DNA from: Candidatus Krumholzibacteriia bacterium
GTDB lineage: Bacteria; Krumholzibacteriota; Krumholzibacteriia; LZORAL124-64-63
Length of the DNA: 64,000 nt
Assembly (NCBI GenBank): GCA_942492615.1
Contig: CALOFL010000013.1
Coordinates: forward strand, 72,839 to 136,838
Direction: 5' to 3'
Shown: positions 31,424-41,519 of the stretch, in pieces
Numbering within the stretch: position 1 is the stretch's first letter
Layout: each line of letters opens with the position of its first letter
Translations under genes and position numbers: made by a program
Notes under the pieces: model-generated
Told to the model about the DNA's origin: nothing
The model's database searches: none
What the model saw: only the letters and a program-made list of their open reading frames with translations

Positions 31424-31446
31424 GTGATCAGGGGTGCGAGCGGGCG

Positions 31447-32604
31447 TCAGATCCGGGAGATCTCGGCTTTCTCGGGCTCCGGTGCGGCTCTTGCGGCGTC
31501 GGTCCTCGAAACGGTCCCAGGTGGTGTCCGAGCTGGCCTGGATGCCCTTGATCCGCAGCATGAATTCGTGGGGATTGCTGCTGGCCTTGGTGGCGGCCTC
31601 CAGGGTGATCTTCTTCTCCTTGTAGAGCTGCATCAGCGACTGGTCGAAGGTCTGCATCTGGTACTGGATGAATCCCTCCTGGATCGCCTGCCGGATCATG
31701 ACCGTCTTTTCCGGTTCCCGGATGTATTCCTTGATCGTGCTCGTGGCGATCATGATCTCGCAGGCCGGATAGCGGGTCAGGCCGTCGGCGTCGGCCACCA
31801 GACGCTGGGAAATGACCGCGTTCAGGGTCGACGCCAGCAGGTAGCGGATTTCCTGGTGCTGGTGCGGCGGGAAGAACGAGATGATGCGGCTGACGGTCTG
31901 CGTGGCATCGATGGTGTGCATCGTGCTCAGCACGAGATGGCCGGTGTCGGCGGCCGTCAGGGCGATCTTCATGGACTCGGCGTCCCGGATCTCGCCGATG
32001 AGGATCACGTCCGGATCCTGCCTGAGAACATGCCTCAAGGCATCAGAATAAGTACTGGTGTCGCAACCGATTTCCCTCTGGCTGATAATGCTCTTGTTGT
32101 CGCGATGCAGGAATTCGATGGGGTCCTCGATCGTGATCACGTGGCGGGAACACTCCCGGTTGATGATGTCCACGATGGAAGCCAGGGTCGTGGACTTGCC
32201 GCTGCCCACGGTGCCGGTCACCAGGATCAGGCCGCGGGACTTCAGGTCCCAGCTGTTTGACGACTTCCGGCAGGCCCAGGTCGTCCAGGTGCTTGATCTC
32301 GACCGGCACGTGCCGGAAGACCATGGCCACCGTGCCCCGCTGCACGTAGAAGTTCGCGCGGAAACGCGCCACGCCGGGCACGCCGAACGCGAAGTCGATC
32401 TCGCGGGTGGTCTCGAAGATCTCCCGCTGGGCCGGGCGACAGGATCTGCTGGGTCACGGCGGCCATGTCCTGCACCGTCGGCGGCTCATAGTCGGCAAAA
32501 ACCAGCGACCCGTTGATGCGAAACACCGGCGGCGTGGCCACCTTGATATGGAGGTCGCTCGCACCGCGGGCGATCATTTCCTTGAGGATCTTCTTGATTT
32601 CCAT
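31447..32604 (-). CDS. PilT/PilU-family type IV pilus retraction ATPase (frameshifts near 32435, 32255 and probably the 3' end)
   Basis: GASDLHIKV..PPVFRING, RFRANFYVQRG, GTVGSGKSTT, ITIEDPIE, LRQDPDVILIGEIRD, STMHT, QTFDQSL. The ORF track extends to 31358. Confidence 0.9.
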
Positions 32605-32727
32605 GTAAAGGAATCTCCTGTCACGGGTTCCAGAGTCCGCCGGCGGCCGCAAGCGCCGGTCCGGCCTTACCAACTGTCTTTCGGCAGAAAACCGGCACGC
32701 TTGACCCGGTAAACGGGCCAATTGGCC

Positions 32728-32767
32728 AAAATAAGAGCCCGGCGGGTGTGCTGATCCCGCCGGGCTC
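32728..32767 (-). terminator. Intrinsic terminator after accB
   Basis: 12-bp stem GAGCCCGGCGGG/CCCGCCGGGCTC followed by TTATTT on the minus strand. Confidence 0.8.
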
Positions 32768-32792
32768 CTGAAATGTCGCTTTGGGGCCTAAA

Positions 32793-33261
32793 TCAGTCCG
32801 GATCGACCAGGAACAGCACCCCTTCGGCTTCGACCGGCGTACCGTCCTCGACGAGGATCTCCTTGATCGTGCCGCCGAATTCGGCCTCGATCTCGTTCAT
32901 GACCTTCATGGCCTCGACGATGCAGAGAGTCTGACCGACCGCAACACGATCCCCCACCTGGACAAATGCCGGACTGGCGGGCGACGGGGCCGTGTAGAAG
33001 GTCCCCACGATGGGCGAACGGACGTCCGCCACTTGGCCCGGGCCGGATCGCGCGACCTCGGCCGCCGTCCGGCGGTCGCCGGGACCGCGGCGCGGCGGCC
33101 GACCGGGCGGGCGCCGGTGCCGGGGCGACCGACGCGGCGGCCACGGAAATGGGCGCCGATTTCTGGATCCTGATGGTCGTGTCCAGATGGACGATCTCCA
33201 GTTCCTCGATCCCACTGTCCTCGACCAGTTTGACCAGTTCGCGAACCTTGCCGATATCCAT
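32793..33261 (-). CDS. accB: Biotin carboxyl carrier protein (frameshift in the Ala/Pro linker near 33100)
   Basis: [23 protein letters not shown], then [10 protein letters not shown] and [11 protein letters not shown] (biotinylated Lys). Confidence 0.93.
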
Positions 33262-33298
33262 TTCAGCTCCTTCGGTGCGTTGTCGCTTGGCATCCATA

Positions 33299-33856
33299 TC
33301 AAACCCTGCCCAGATATTTCCCGGTACGGGAGTCGATTTTAAGGACTTCACCCTCATCTATGAACAGCGGAACCTGAACGACAAGCCCCGTCTCCATGGT
33401 TGCCGGCTTGGAACCGCCCTGGGCGGTGTCGCCCTTGACGCCGGGATCGGACTGCTTGACGGCCAATTCCACCGTCAGCGGCGCTTCGACGGTCAGCGGC
33501 TTCTCCTCCATCAGCAGCACGCTGCACATGTCGCTCTCCTTGATGTACAGGGGAACGTCCCCCATGGTCTCCTTGTGCAGCTGGATCTGCTCGTAGGTTT
33601 CGGTATTCATGAAAACATAAAATTCCCCGTCGGGATACAAATATTGAAACTCCCGACGTTCCAGACGGACCTCCTCCACCTTCTCGCCGGCGCGGAAGGT
33701 CTCCTCGACGACCTTGCCGTTCTCCACGTTCTTCAGCTTGGTGCGCACGAAGGCCGGGCCCTTGCCGGGCTTGACGTGCTGGAATTCGGCGATGGACCAC
33801 AGGCCGTTCTTGTGGCGCATGGTGAAGCCCGTGCGAAAATTACTTGTATCGGCCAA
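33299..33856 (-). CDS. efp: Elongation factor P
   Basis: Probable TTG start (ADTSNFR); [41 protein letters not shown]. Confidence 0.96.
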   Translation of the reverse strand: MADTSNFRTGFTMRHKNGLWSIAEFQHVKPGKGPAFVRTKLKNVENGKVVEETFRAGEKVEEVRLERREFQYLYPDGEFYVFMNTETYEQIQLHKETMGDVPLYIKESDMCSVLLMEEKPLTVEAPLTVELAVKQSDPGVKGDTAQGGSKPATMETGLVVQVPLFIDEGEVLKIDSRTGKYLGRV

Positions 33857-33949
33857 GGCCTGCCTCGCTTTCACGATCCGCATTCGATGATTGATCTGCC
33901 GTAAACCGGCTCATTGATAACACGCGCCCCTGCCTTGGCAAGGCAATGA

Positions 33950-34410
33950 TCAGGACCGTCCAGGAACTGATTCGCCGCAGCAGCGCGGCCATGCCCTCCA
34001 GGGCCAGGCGGTAGCCCTCGACCCCGAATCCGCGGATACCGGCGACGACCACGTCGGCCAGGAGGTTCTGCCGGCGGAACGCCTCGCGCGCGTCCGGATT
34101 GCTCAAATGCAGTTCCACCACGGGGATATCGATCGCCGCGACGGCGTCCCGGACGGCCACCGAGGTGTGGGTGTAGGCCGCAGCGTTGAGGATCAGGCCG
34201 TGGGCCTCGTCGCCGGCCCGATGGATCATCCGCACCAGTTCCCCCTCGCTGTCGGTCTGGAGCCAGGTCGAGATCCAGACCCAGTTCCTCGGCCCAGCGA
34301 CGACAAAGCGTCTCCAGCTCCGCCCACGAGGTGCGGCCGTAGACCTCCGGATTCCTGGTGCCCAGGCGTCCGAGGTTGGGCCCACCGATCATGACGACCC
34401 GGTACTTCAC
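33950..34410 (-). CDS. aroQ: Type II 3-dehydroquinate dehydratase (frameshift near 34265; end approximate)
   Basis: GPNLGRLGTRNPEVYG, then DSEGELV, LNAAAYTHTSVAVRDA, VELHLSNPDAREAFR. Confidence 0.92.
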
Positions 34411-35201
34411 GACCCTATGCCCCCGTCCTGGCGAATCTTGTCGAGCCAATCCTCGAACTGCTTCTTGTCGCGGTTTCGCTGGCCTTCCAGCAGGCGCCGA
34501 CGCGCCTCGAGCGGATCGCCGCGCATGGGCTGCGGTTCGGTGCGATCTGCGGGCGCCAGCGCCGGTGCACCGTGGCCGGGCGGAACCGCGATACCGTTGC
34601 GACCATCGGCAAAGGCCCCCTTCAACTGTTCCAGTTTCTCCCGGGCGTCGGTCCGGCCCGGATCCCGCTGCAGCATCTCCTCGAGGGCTGCGGCGGCCTT
34701 GTCCCGGTAACCCTGGGCCAGCAGGATGACCACCAGCGTCATGGTGGCGAAACCGCGTTCCCCGGCCGGTTCCACGGGAGCCGCCGCCGGTGCCAGCTGC
34801 TGTCGGGCCTCCGCGATCGCCTCGAGCCAAGCCTGTTCCTGGGTATCCAGGACAGCCAGTTTCTCCATGAGCGGTATCGCCTCCGCCCAGGCCCGCTGCT
34901 GCCGGGCGTCGTCGGCGAGTAGCCTGAGAACCAGGACGTTCTCCGCGTCGTGCCGCAGGACGCTCCGCAGGGACTCGCGGGCCTCGTCGAGCCGGCCGAG
35001 CTCCAGCAGGGTACGCCCGCGGATGACCACCGGGCCGAGATGTACGCCGGATGGGACGCCAAACCGGCATCCACGATCTTCAGCGCTTCCTGCAGGCGCC
35101 CGTCCTGGCGCAGCAGATCCGCCAGGGGCGCAAAGGATCTGGACCGGGGTTCCCGGTCCAGTCGCTCGCGGTAGAGAGTGATGCGATCCGTGCAGCTTCA
35201 T
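34407..35201 (-). CDS. Tetratricopeptide-repeat protein (apparent frameshifts near 35180 and 35035)
   Basis: Joined frames give RSFAPLADLLRQDGRLQEAL..HPAYISA..GRTLLELGRLDEA and ATMTLVVILLAQGYRDKA; stop overlaps the aroQ start. Confidence 0.75.
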   Translation of the reverse strand: MKLHGSHHSLPRATGPGTPVQILCAPGGSAAPGRAPAGSAEDRGCRFGVPSGVHLGPVVIRGRTLLELGRLDEARESLRSVLRHDAENVLVLRLLADDARQQRAWAEAIPLMEKLAVLDTQEQAWLEAIAEARQQLAPAAAPVEPAGERGFATMTLVVILLAQGYRDKAAAALEEMLQRDPGRTDAREKLEQLKGAFADGRNGIAVPPGHGAPALAPADRTEPQPMRGDPLEARRRLLEGQRNRDKKQFEDWLDKIRQDGGIGS

Positions 35202-35216
35202 GCGGAACTCCGGTCC

Positions 35217-36878
35217 TCAGTCCAGTTGCTTGAGCGTTTCGCCCGACGGCCACCATGTCATTCCACAGCCCCGCGGTCAGAGTCAGGGGCAGGCGGCCCT
35301 CGACGGTTGCGAGCAGTTTACGCCCGTTCTCGAGGGCTTCGCTGTCGTCGGCGTCCGCCAGGCCGCCGGCGCAACGCCGTGCGCCCTCGACCACCTGGCT
35401 GACCGCTTTGCGGGCCATCACCCGGCTCATGTCGGCGAAATGGACCGCCTGGGCGTCCCCCTCGGCCGCCAGCCGGCAGGCCTTACGGGACATGGCGGCG
35501 GCGACCTCGCAGACCGTCATCATGTCGGCAAAGGTGAACATCACGATCTGGTTTCGTGTCAGCCGCGCGGCATGCATGTGGAGGATGACGTCGTTGAGGC
35601 CCGCGAGGGCCGCGGCCACCATCGCCGCGCCGACATCCTGCCGCTCGGCGTGCCCAGCGCCGAGATCCTCGGCCATCCCGCGGTAGAAACCACCCTTGCT
35701 GCGCACCGTCTCCTTCCAGCGGTACATGGCGATGATGCTCTGCTGGATCTCGCTGGTCCCCTCGTAGATGGAGGTGATGCGGACATCGCGCCGCATCTTC
35801 TCGACCAGATATTCGCGGGCGTAGCCGTAGCCCCCAAGCGCCTGGATCGCCGCGTCAGCCGCCCGGTTGCCGGCTTCGGTCCCCCAGTACTTGGCGATCG
35901 AGCCTTCGGTCCCCATGTCCTTCGCGCCCTCGTCGATCTGCATCGCCGTCTGCTCCATGTGGGCACGGCCGGCCTCCAGGTCGACCCAGTTGTCGACGAT
36001 CAACTTGAGCAGGTAGCCCTCTTTTTCGACCAGCGGGGCGCCGAACTGCTCCCGGGTCTTGGCATAGTCCAGGGCACGCTGCAGCGGCGCCTGTCCGCCG
36101 CCGATACCGAATGCCCCGACCATCAACCGGGTGTAACCGAACACCGCGTTGGCCTGCTTGAGGCCCTGCCCTTCAACCATGCCGATCAGATGATCGCGAG
36201 GTACGTCCACGTCCTCGAGCAGGACGCCGGTCGTGTTGGAGGCGCGGATGCCGTGCTTGTCCTCGTGCTTGCCGACGGCCAGGCCGCCGGTGCCGCGTTC
36301 GACGACGAAGAAACTGGGCCCGTCGGGGGTCTTGGCCAGGATGGTATAGAGATCCGCCACGCCGCCGTTGGTGATGAACTGCTTGGCGCCGTTGAGGCGG
36401 TAGCCGGTCACGTTGCCCTGGGCGTCGAGCACGCGGTCGGCGGTCGTCTTGAGGGCCGCCACGTTGCTGCCGGCCTCCGGTTCGGTCACGCCGTAGGCGA
36501 CGATCATGCCTTCGGTCGCGATCTTGGCGAGCCACTTCTTCTTCTGATCCGGCGTGCCGCCGACGAGAATGGGATCGGTGCCCAGACAGATGGCCAGAAA
36601 CGCCGTGGCCACGCCGAGGTCCCAGACGGCCATCTCCTCGCTGACGCGGCAGATGTCCCGTGCGCCGCCGCCCAGGCCACCGTGTTCCTCGGGCAGGAAG
36701 ATCAGGTGCAGGCCCACATCCGGCGACAGCAGCTTCTGGATCAGGTCGGTCGGGAAACTCGTCCTTCTCGTCCAGCTCCATGATCTTCGTCGTCGGGCAA
36801 TTCGCGGCCGACGACCTGGCGCAGGGTCTGGATGACCATATCGGTCATCTCGGTGGACAGTCCGGCGGGGACATTCAT
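35217..36878 (-). CDS. Acyl-CoA dehydrogenase with C-terminal extension (frameshifts near both ends)
   Basis: YGVTEPEAGSN, LNGAKQFITNG, KHGIRASNT, REQFG, LGGYGYAREY, IYEGTSEIQ. Start at ATG 36878 and stop at 35217 are inferred across shifts. Confidence 0.88.
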
Positions 36879-37843
36879 GGAGCCTTCCTCTCTTTCGGAC
36901 GGCACCCCGGGCGGCGGACCGCGCTCAGGGAACGTTGATCCGTCCGGACCCGACCAGGACGCACTGGCCGCCGACCTCGATGGAGCTGGCCTGTCCGCCG
37001 GAAGATTTCGGCGTCGGCGATGATGCGGCTGGGACGGCCCATCTCCAGCCCCTGTTCACTGATGATTCTCACCTTGGCGCCGAACTTGACCAGACGGTGT
37101 TTCACGAGGTAGGCCACCAGGGCGCCGGTCGCCGCCCCGCTGGCGGCGTCCTCGGGAATGCCGAAATAGGGTGCGAACATGCGGCAATGCACCGTCGATT
37201 CGGCGTCGACCGTCTCGCAGGTGAAGACGAAAAGGTCCCCGAAACCCAGATCGCCGGCGATGGCGTCGGCTTCGCGGTGCCGCAGATTGATCTTGCCCAT
37301 CGCTCTCGAGCGAAGCGACAGCGGCACGATGTGGATCGGCAGCCCGGTCGAGATGACCTCGCAGGGCAGGCCGGTGATGGCGATGTCGTCCTCCGGCAGA
37401 CCCAGGGTCCGGGCCACCTTGCCCCGGTGGAAGTACTGCCCCATGAACACCGGCGCATCCTGCTCGAGGCTGTAGATCAGGTCGCCCGTCCTCGTGGCGG
37501 GTCACCACCTGGTAGTGTCCGGCTTCCAGTTCCCAGGTGAAGGGGCTCGGCGCCGTCGCCACCGCGCGGCGCCCCAGGTGGTCCAGGGCGAAGGTGGCCC
37601 CGAGCACCGGAATGACCGCCGAACGGAATCTCGGCCGCCGGCGTGAAGACCCGCAGGCCGCCGCGGTCGTCTCCCCGGGCGACGGCCGGCACGATGAAGG
37701 CGGTCTCGCCGGCGCCCAGTTCCATGGCCAGCTCCTGCATCTGCCTCGGCGGAACGTCGGCCCCGTCGGGAAACAGGTACAGGCGACTGCCGCCGAAGGG
37801 GCGGTCGGTGAAAACGTCGATCAGCAGGAAATTCAAGTTCCAT
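36875..37843 (-). CDS. PhzF/DAP-epimerase-fold family protein (about three apparent frameshifts)
   Basis: DVFTDRPFGG, ETAF, RVFTPAAEIPFGGH, RMFAPYFGIPEDAASG, EQGLEMGRPS. Confidence 0.85.
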
Positions 37844-37937
37844 GTCCGGCGACGCCAACCTCTCAGGATGTCCGCGGGGATCCGCCAACGGCGAAACGGC
37901 CATCCGGCCGGACCTGAGGCCGCGACCGGCGAACCGA

Positions 37938-37967
37938 AATCTAGCACAACCGGCCGGGGCCATCCAA
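37938..37967 (-). promoter_or_regulatory. Possible sigma70-type promoter for phzF-like and downstream genes
   Basis: TTGGAT, 18 bp, TAGATT, with an extended -10 TG. Confidence 0.35.
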
Positions 37968-37999
37968 GTCCTTTGGGGAATTCCGGATCGGCGAAGGGG

Positions 38000-38400
38000 A
38001 AACTGGAAAAATGGCCGTCGCCGGGAGGCCTCGATGACCACGGCCACGGCGTATTCCCGCTCGTGACTGATGGTCAGGTGAAGCCGCCCCCTCCGCACCG
38101 GCCAGGGCCCGCGGCCCGGCCGTGCAGGATCAGCCCGGGCGGGCCTCCCTGCGGTCGCCGGACCTCGATGTCACGGTACGGGATTCCCCGTACATCCTGG
38201 CCCAAGGCCTTCAAATAGGCTTCCTTCGCGGCCCAGCGCCCGGCCAGGGAGACCGCCAGCGCCCGGCCCTCGCCGGTCGTCGCCCGCAGGGATTCCCCCT
38301 CGCGAAAACAACGGTTGAGGAAACGCTCCCGGTGCCGTTGCAGCAGGACCTCCAGCCGCGCGACCGCCACGATATCGGTGCCGATGCCCACGATGCTCAA
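38000..38400 (-). CDS. acpS: Holo-[acyl-carrier-protein] synthase (frameshift near 38100; end approximate)
   Basis: TTG start overlapping the upstream stop; GIGTDIV, LAGRWAAKEAYLKALG, DIEV, then HLTISHEREYAVAVV in a second frame. Confidence 0.9.
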
Positions 38401-39086
38401 TAGGCGCCCTTCCGCTCGATGACCGCCGGCAACGTGCGCAGCAGGATGGACACGTCCATCCCGAGTCCGGCGGAACGCACGTATTGCCGGTCCAGTTCCA
38501 TCCATTCGGAGAAATCGAGATGACTGCGTCCGGAGACCTGCCACAAACACGTCAAACCGGGTTTGACCAGCAGCCGGGTCGCCTGCTCGGGCGTGTAGTC
38601 GTTCACCTCGGCGGGGATCTGCGGCCGCGGCCCGACGATGGCCATGTGACCGAGCAGCACATTCAACAGCTGGGGGAATTCGTCGAGGCTGCTGCGGCGC
38701 AGGAAGCGGCCGACGCCGGTGATGCGCGGATCGTCCTTGATCTTGAAGGCGGCGCCGGTGGCCTCGTTGAGGTGTTCGAGATCGTCTTTCTGTTGCTCGG
38801 CGTCGACGGACATCGACCGGAACTTGTAGCAGTCGAAGACGCGTCCCCGGTAGCCGACGCGCTTCTGCTTGAAGAAGATCGGGCCGGGGGTCTCGAGCTT
38901 GATCAGCAGGACGATGAACGGAAACAGCGGCAGCAGCAACAGCAGCCCGAACAGCGACGCCGCCAGATCGAACAGGCGTTTCAGGAAGTGGTACCACCAC
39001 GCCGGTCCGGTCTCCTCCAGGGGGCCACCGCGAGCGATGAATTCGGCAAACTGGCTCGTGCCACCGTAAAAATTCTGCGGACTCAT
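38397..39086 (-). CDS. Bacterial sugar transferase (stand-alone monotopic phosphoglycosyltransferase, WcaJ/WbaP C-domain or PglC-like)
   Basis: KRLFD, GPIFFKQKRVG, YKFRSM, DDPRITGVGRFLRRSSLDEFPQL, VGPRP. Confidence 0.92.
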   Translation of the reverse strand: MSPQNFYGGTSQFAEFIARGGPLEETGPAWWYHFLKRLFDLAASLFGLLLLLPLFPFIVLLIKLETPGPIFFKQKRVGYRGRVFDCYKFRSMSVDAEQQKDDLEHLNEATGAAFKIKDDPRITGVGRFLRRSSLDEFPQLLNVLLGHMAIVGPRPQIPAEVNDYTPEQATRLLVKPGLTCLWQVSGRSHLDFSEWMELDRQYVRSAGLGMDVSILLRTLPAVIERKGAY

Positions 39087-39098
39087 TTCCAACCTTGG

Positions 39099-40658
39099 TC
39101 AGGGTTCGCGGGACCAGACATAGACTTCCACGCCGGGTGCGCGGTCGGCCACCCGCAGGTGGCCCCGTCGCGCCAGGGCCGTGGGCAGAAATCCTTCGGG
39201 ATCGAAAAACCACATCCGGGACGCCACGACCCAGCACCGCTGGCGACCGGCCAGCAGGCTGTCGCAGAAGGCGTCGGCGGCCGCCGCGCTGTCCAGGGCC
39301 GGGCGGCCATAGGTGTCGATGATTTCTCCCGGGCCACTATAATAGTAAGCGAAACTGGACGTGACCACTGGTACGAGGATCGGCGCTCCGGCGGCGTTTC
39401 CGGCCGTGACGATCGCCGCCGCCTGGCGGATGTCCTCTTTGACGTAACGGGAATCGGTGTAGTAGCCGTACAGCGACCACAGGGTCAAGCACGTCAATAG
39501 CACGCTGAGGCCCACGCCGACCGGCTTCTTGAGCCGCACCAGCCCCATGCACACGAGCAGCAGTACGAACGGGGACACCATCGCCGCGTAACGCGGGTTC
39601 CAGGGTTTGACGTTGCGCACGGCCAGCAGGATCAGGATGACCACCGGTATGACGATCCATAGCAGGATCGCGAAGCGGCGTGGCCGACCGCGCACAACCC
39701 CGACGGCGCCGCCGAGGAGAACCGGCAACGCGCCCGCCACCAGCAGCGGCAGGGAAGCGACGAGGATCGACACCCGGTCGACGGCGTGGAGTTCCCGCAG
39801 GGACGGTCCCAGACTGTAGCCGTAGAAAAAAGTATGCAGGGTGTACGGCAAGGCCATCCACGAGAAGGTGGTTTCACCACGCAGGGCTTCGCCGGTCCCG
39901 CCGCCGGGGACGATGCGGTCGACCGCCCAGATGCCCGAAGCCTTCAGCAGCCACGGCAGCGCCAGCGCCAGCGCCAGGCCGAAGGCAATGGTCCACAGCA
40001 ACCAGGCACGGCCCGATCGGGGCCGATGGAACAGCACCAGGCCGGCCCCGAGCGCGACCAGGAGAAAAAGCCCGGTCATGTTGCTGAGAATCGCAGCCGC
40101 GCCCAACAGCCCGAAAGCCAGCGCCGACTGCCAGCGCGGGCCGCGCTCGGTCATCTTCAGATAGACCGTCACGGCCAGCAGCGAGAACAGCACCAGGAAG
40201 GCGTACCCGCGCCCCTCCTGGCTGTACCAGATCTGGAAGGGACTCAACGCGAACAGCAGGGTCGCCAGGCGAGCGGCCATGGCTCCTGACAGCCGGTGGG
40301 CCAGCAGGCCGAAGACGGGAATGGCGGCCAGACCGGCGACCGCCGAGGGCAGCCGCAGCATGAATTCCGATTCGCGCAGGGCCACCAGAGGCCACAGCAC
40401 CGCCACGTGCAATGGGCCCTGGATGGTGTCGGTGAACTGCTCCCAGAAACCGGGATTGCTGTCCGGGCGCAGGGCCTGCCACGTCAGCATCTCGTCGACC
40501 CAGAACGAAGGTTCCGCCAGCTGCAGAAAGCGCAGAGCGCCGCCCAGCAGCGTGGCCAGCAGCAGAAACCGGAGCGGGGCTCCGGTCTCGGCTGCCGGCA
40601 GATCCTCCAGCCATCCCGCGGGCGGCACGAAAGAGCGGTGGGATTCCGGCTGGGGCAT
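39099..40658 (-). CDS. GT-C fold membrane glycosyltransferase (GT39/GT83 ArnT/PMT-like)
   Basis: SFWVDEML, LRLPS, SPFQIWYSQEGRGY, about 10 or more TM segments, periplasmic tail KEDIRQAA. Confidence 0.82.
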   Translation of the reverse strand: MPQPESHRSFVPPAGWLEDLPAAETGAPLRFLLLATLLGGALRFLQLAEPSFWVDEMLTWQALRPDSNPGFWEQFTDTIQGPLHVAVLWPLVALRESEFMLRLPSAVAGLAAIPVFGLLAHRLSGAMAARLATLLFALSPFQIWYSQEGRGYAFLVLFSLLAVTVYLKMTERGPRWQSALAFGLLGAAAILSNMTGLFLLVALGAGLVLFHRPRSGRAWLLWTIAFGLALALALPWLLKASGIWAVDRIVPGGGTGEALRGETTFSWMALPYTLHTFFYGYSLGPSLRELHAVDRVSILVASLPLLVAGALPVLLGGAVGVVRGRPRRFAILLWIVIPVVILILLAVRNVKPWNPRYAAMVSPFVLLLVCMGLVRLKKPVGVGLSVLLTCLTLWSLYGYYTDSRYVKEDIRQAAAIVTAGNAAGAPILVPVVTSSFAYYYSGPGEIIDTYGRPALDSAAAADAFCDSLLAGRQRCWVVASRMWFFDPEGFLPTALARRGHLRVADRAPGVEVYVWSREP

Positions 40659-40676
40659 GGACGGATCCTTCCGTGA

Positions 40677-41519
40677 TCAGTTCCCGGCGGCGACCAGCGG
40701 CACCAGGGGCGTTCCGGGACGGTATTCTTTCAGTTCGACGTCGATGGAGCCGACCGGAACCTTCGTCTTGATCAACACCGGAATCCGATGCTCGTCATCG
40801 GTGATGTACAGCGTCAGCTTGCCTTCGTGCTTGAACAGGCCTTCACCCTCGATGACCGGCTCGACCACGAAGCAGTCCCAGGTCCCGGCCTCGACTTTGA
40901 CCCGCTCACGCCCGTGAACGATGACCTTCAGGTCGTAGGTCTTGCGGGAACTGTGGGCCGGTACATTGTAGACCGCGCCGACGGCCAGGTCCAGGTTCCG
41001 GACGTAATAGAAAGCGGAGAGGACGTCCTGCACGCCGGTCGTGATCTCAAACGATTCACCATCGTTGTAGCGTGCGGACTCCTCCAGGTGGTCGAAATTG
41101 ACCTCGACGGTCTTCTTGTAATCACCCTCGCGCAGCCGTTTGTAGAAATAGTGGCTGTAGAGACCTTCCACGTCGATGTAGCTGGTGATCTTGTCCCGGA
41201 CCTTGTAGATCGAGGAGAAGAAGCGGTTGCTGTTGGCCTTGCTCTGGATGTGATAGCACGTGAATCCACGGTATTCCGTGACGCCCAGGACCTCCAGAAT
41301 GCCTTCACCGGCGTTGACCGGACCGTAGCCGATCGAGAACACCATGCGTTCTCCCGGACCATAAACGGTCGGCGCGGGATTGGCCGCCACGGGCTCTTCG
41401 TCTTCTGCCCGCACGGGCGCCGCCGCCAGCAGCCAGATGACCGGTAGAGCAATTAAGAGCCCTAGAACTGGCTTTCCAGCCCCGACAGCGGCCCTGATAG
41501 CGAGAAATATGGAGCTCAC
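40677..41519 (-). CDS. DUF3108-family exported protein
   Basis: Signal peptide, GERMVFSIGYG, FFSSIYKVRD, DVLSAFYYVR, VEAGTWDC, IPVLIKTKVPVGSI. Confidence 0.8.
   Translation of the reverse strand: MSSIFLAIRAAVGAGKPVLGLLIALPVIWLLAAAPVRAEDEEPVAANPAPTVYGPGERMVFSIGYGPVNAGEGILEVLGVTEYRGFTCYHIQSKANSNRFFSSIYKVRDKITSYIDVEGLYSHYFYKRLREGDYKKTVEVNFDHLEESARYNDGESFEITTGVQDVLSAFYYVRNLDLAVGAVYNVPAHSSRKTYDLKVIVHGRERVKVEAGTWDCFVVEPVIEGEGLFKHEGKLTLYITDDEHRIPVLIKTKVPVGSIDVELKEYRPGTPLVPLVAAGN

Noticed and set aside
33840-33950. aroQ C-terminal extension overlapping efp, as in the ORF track
   Set aside because: A TGA in the adjacent frame at 33950 and a promoter-like TTGCCA...TATCAAT in this interval suggest an indel artefact.
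37895-37925. TCAGGTCCGG..GGA resembling the SRP (4.5S) RNA core
   Set aside because: The loop reads GGCC instead of GNRA and the AGCAG motif is missing; likely coincidence.
20978-38400. Calling polA, ftsK, accB, accC and acpS pseudogenes
   Set aside because: They are essential or near-essential, all motifs are intact across frames, and the indels cluster regionally, so sequencing error is more likely.
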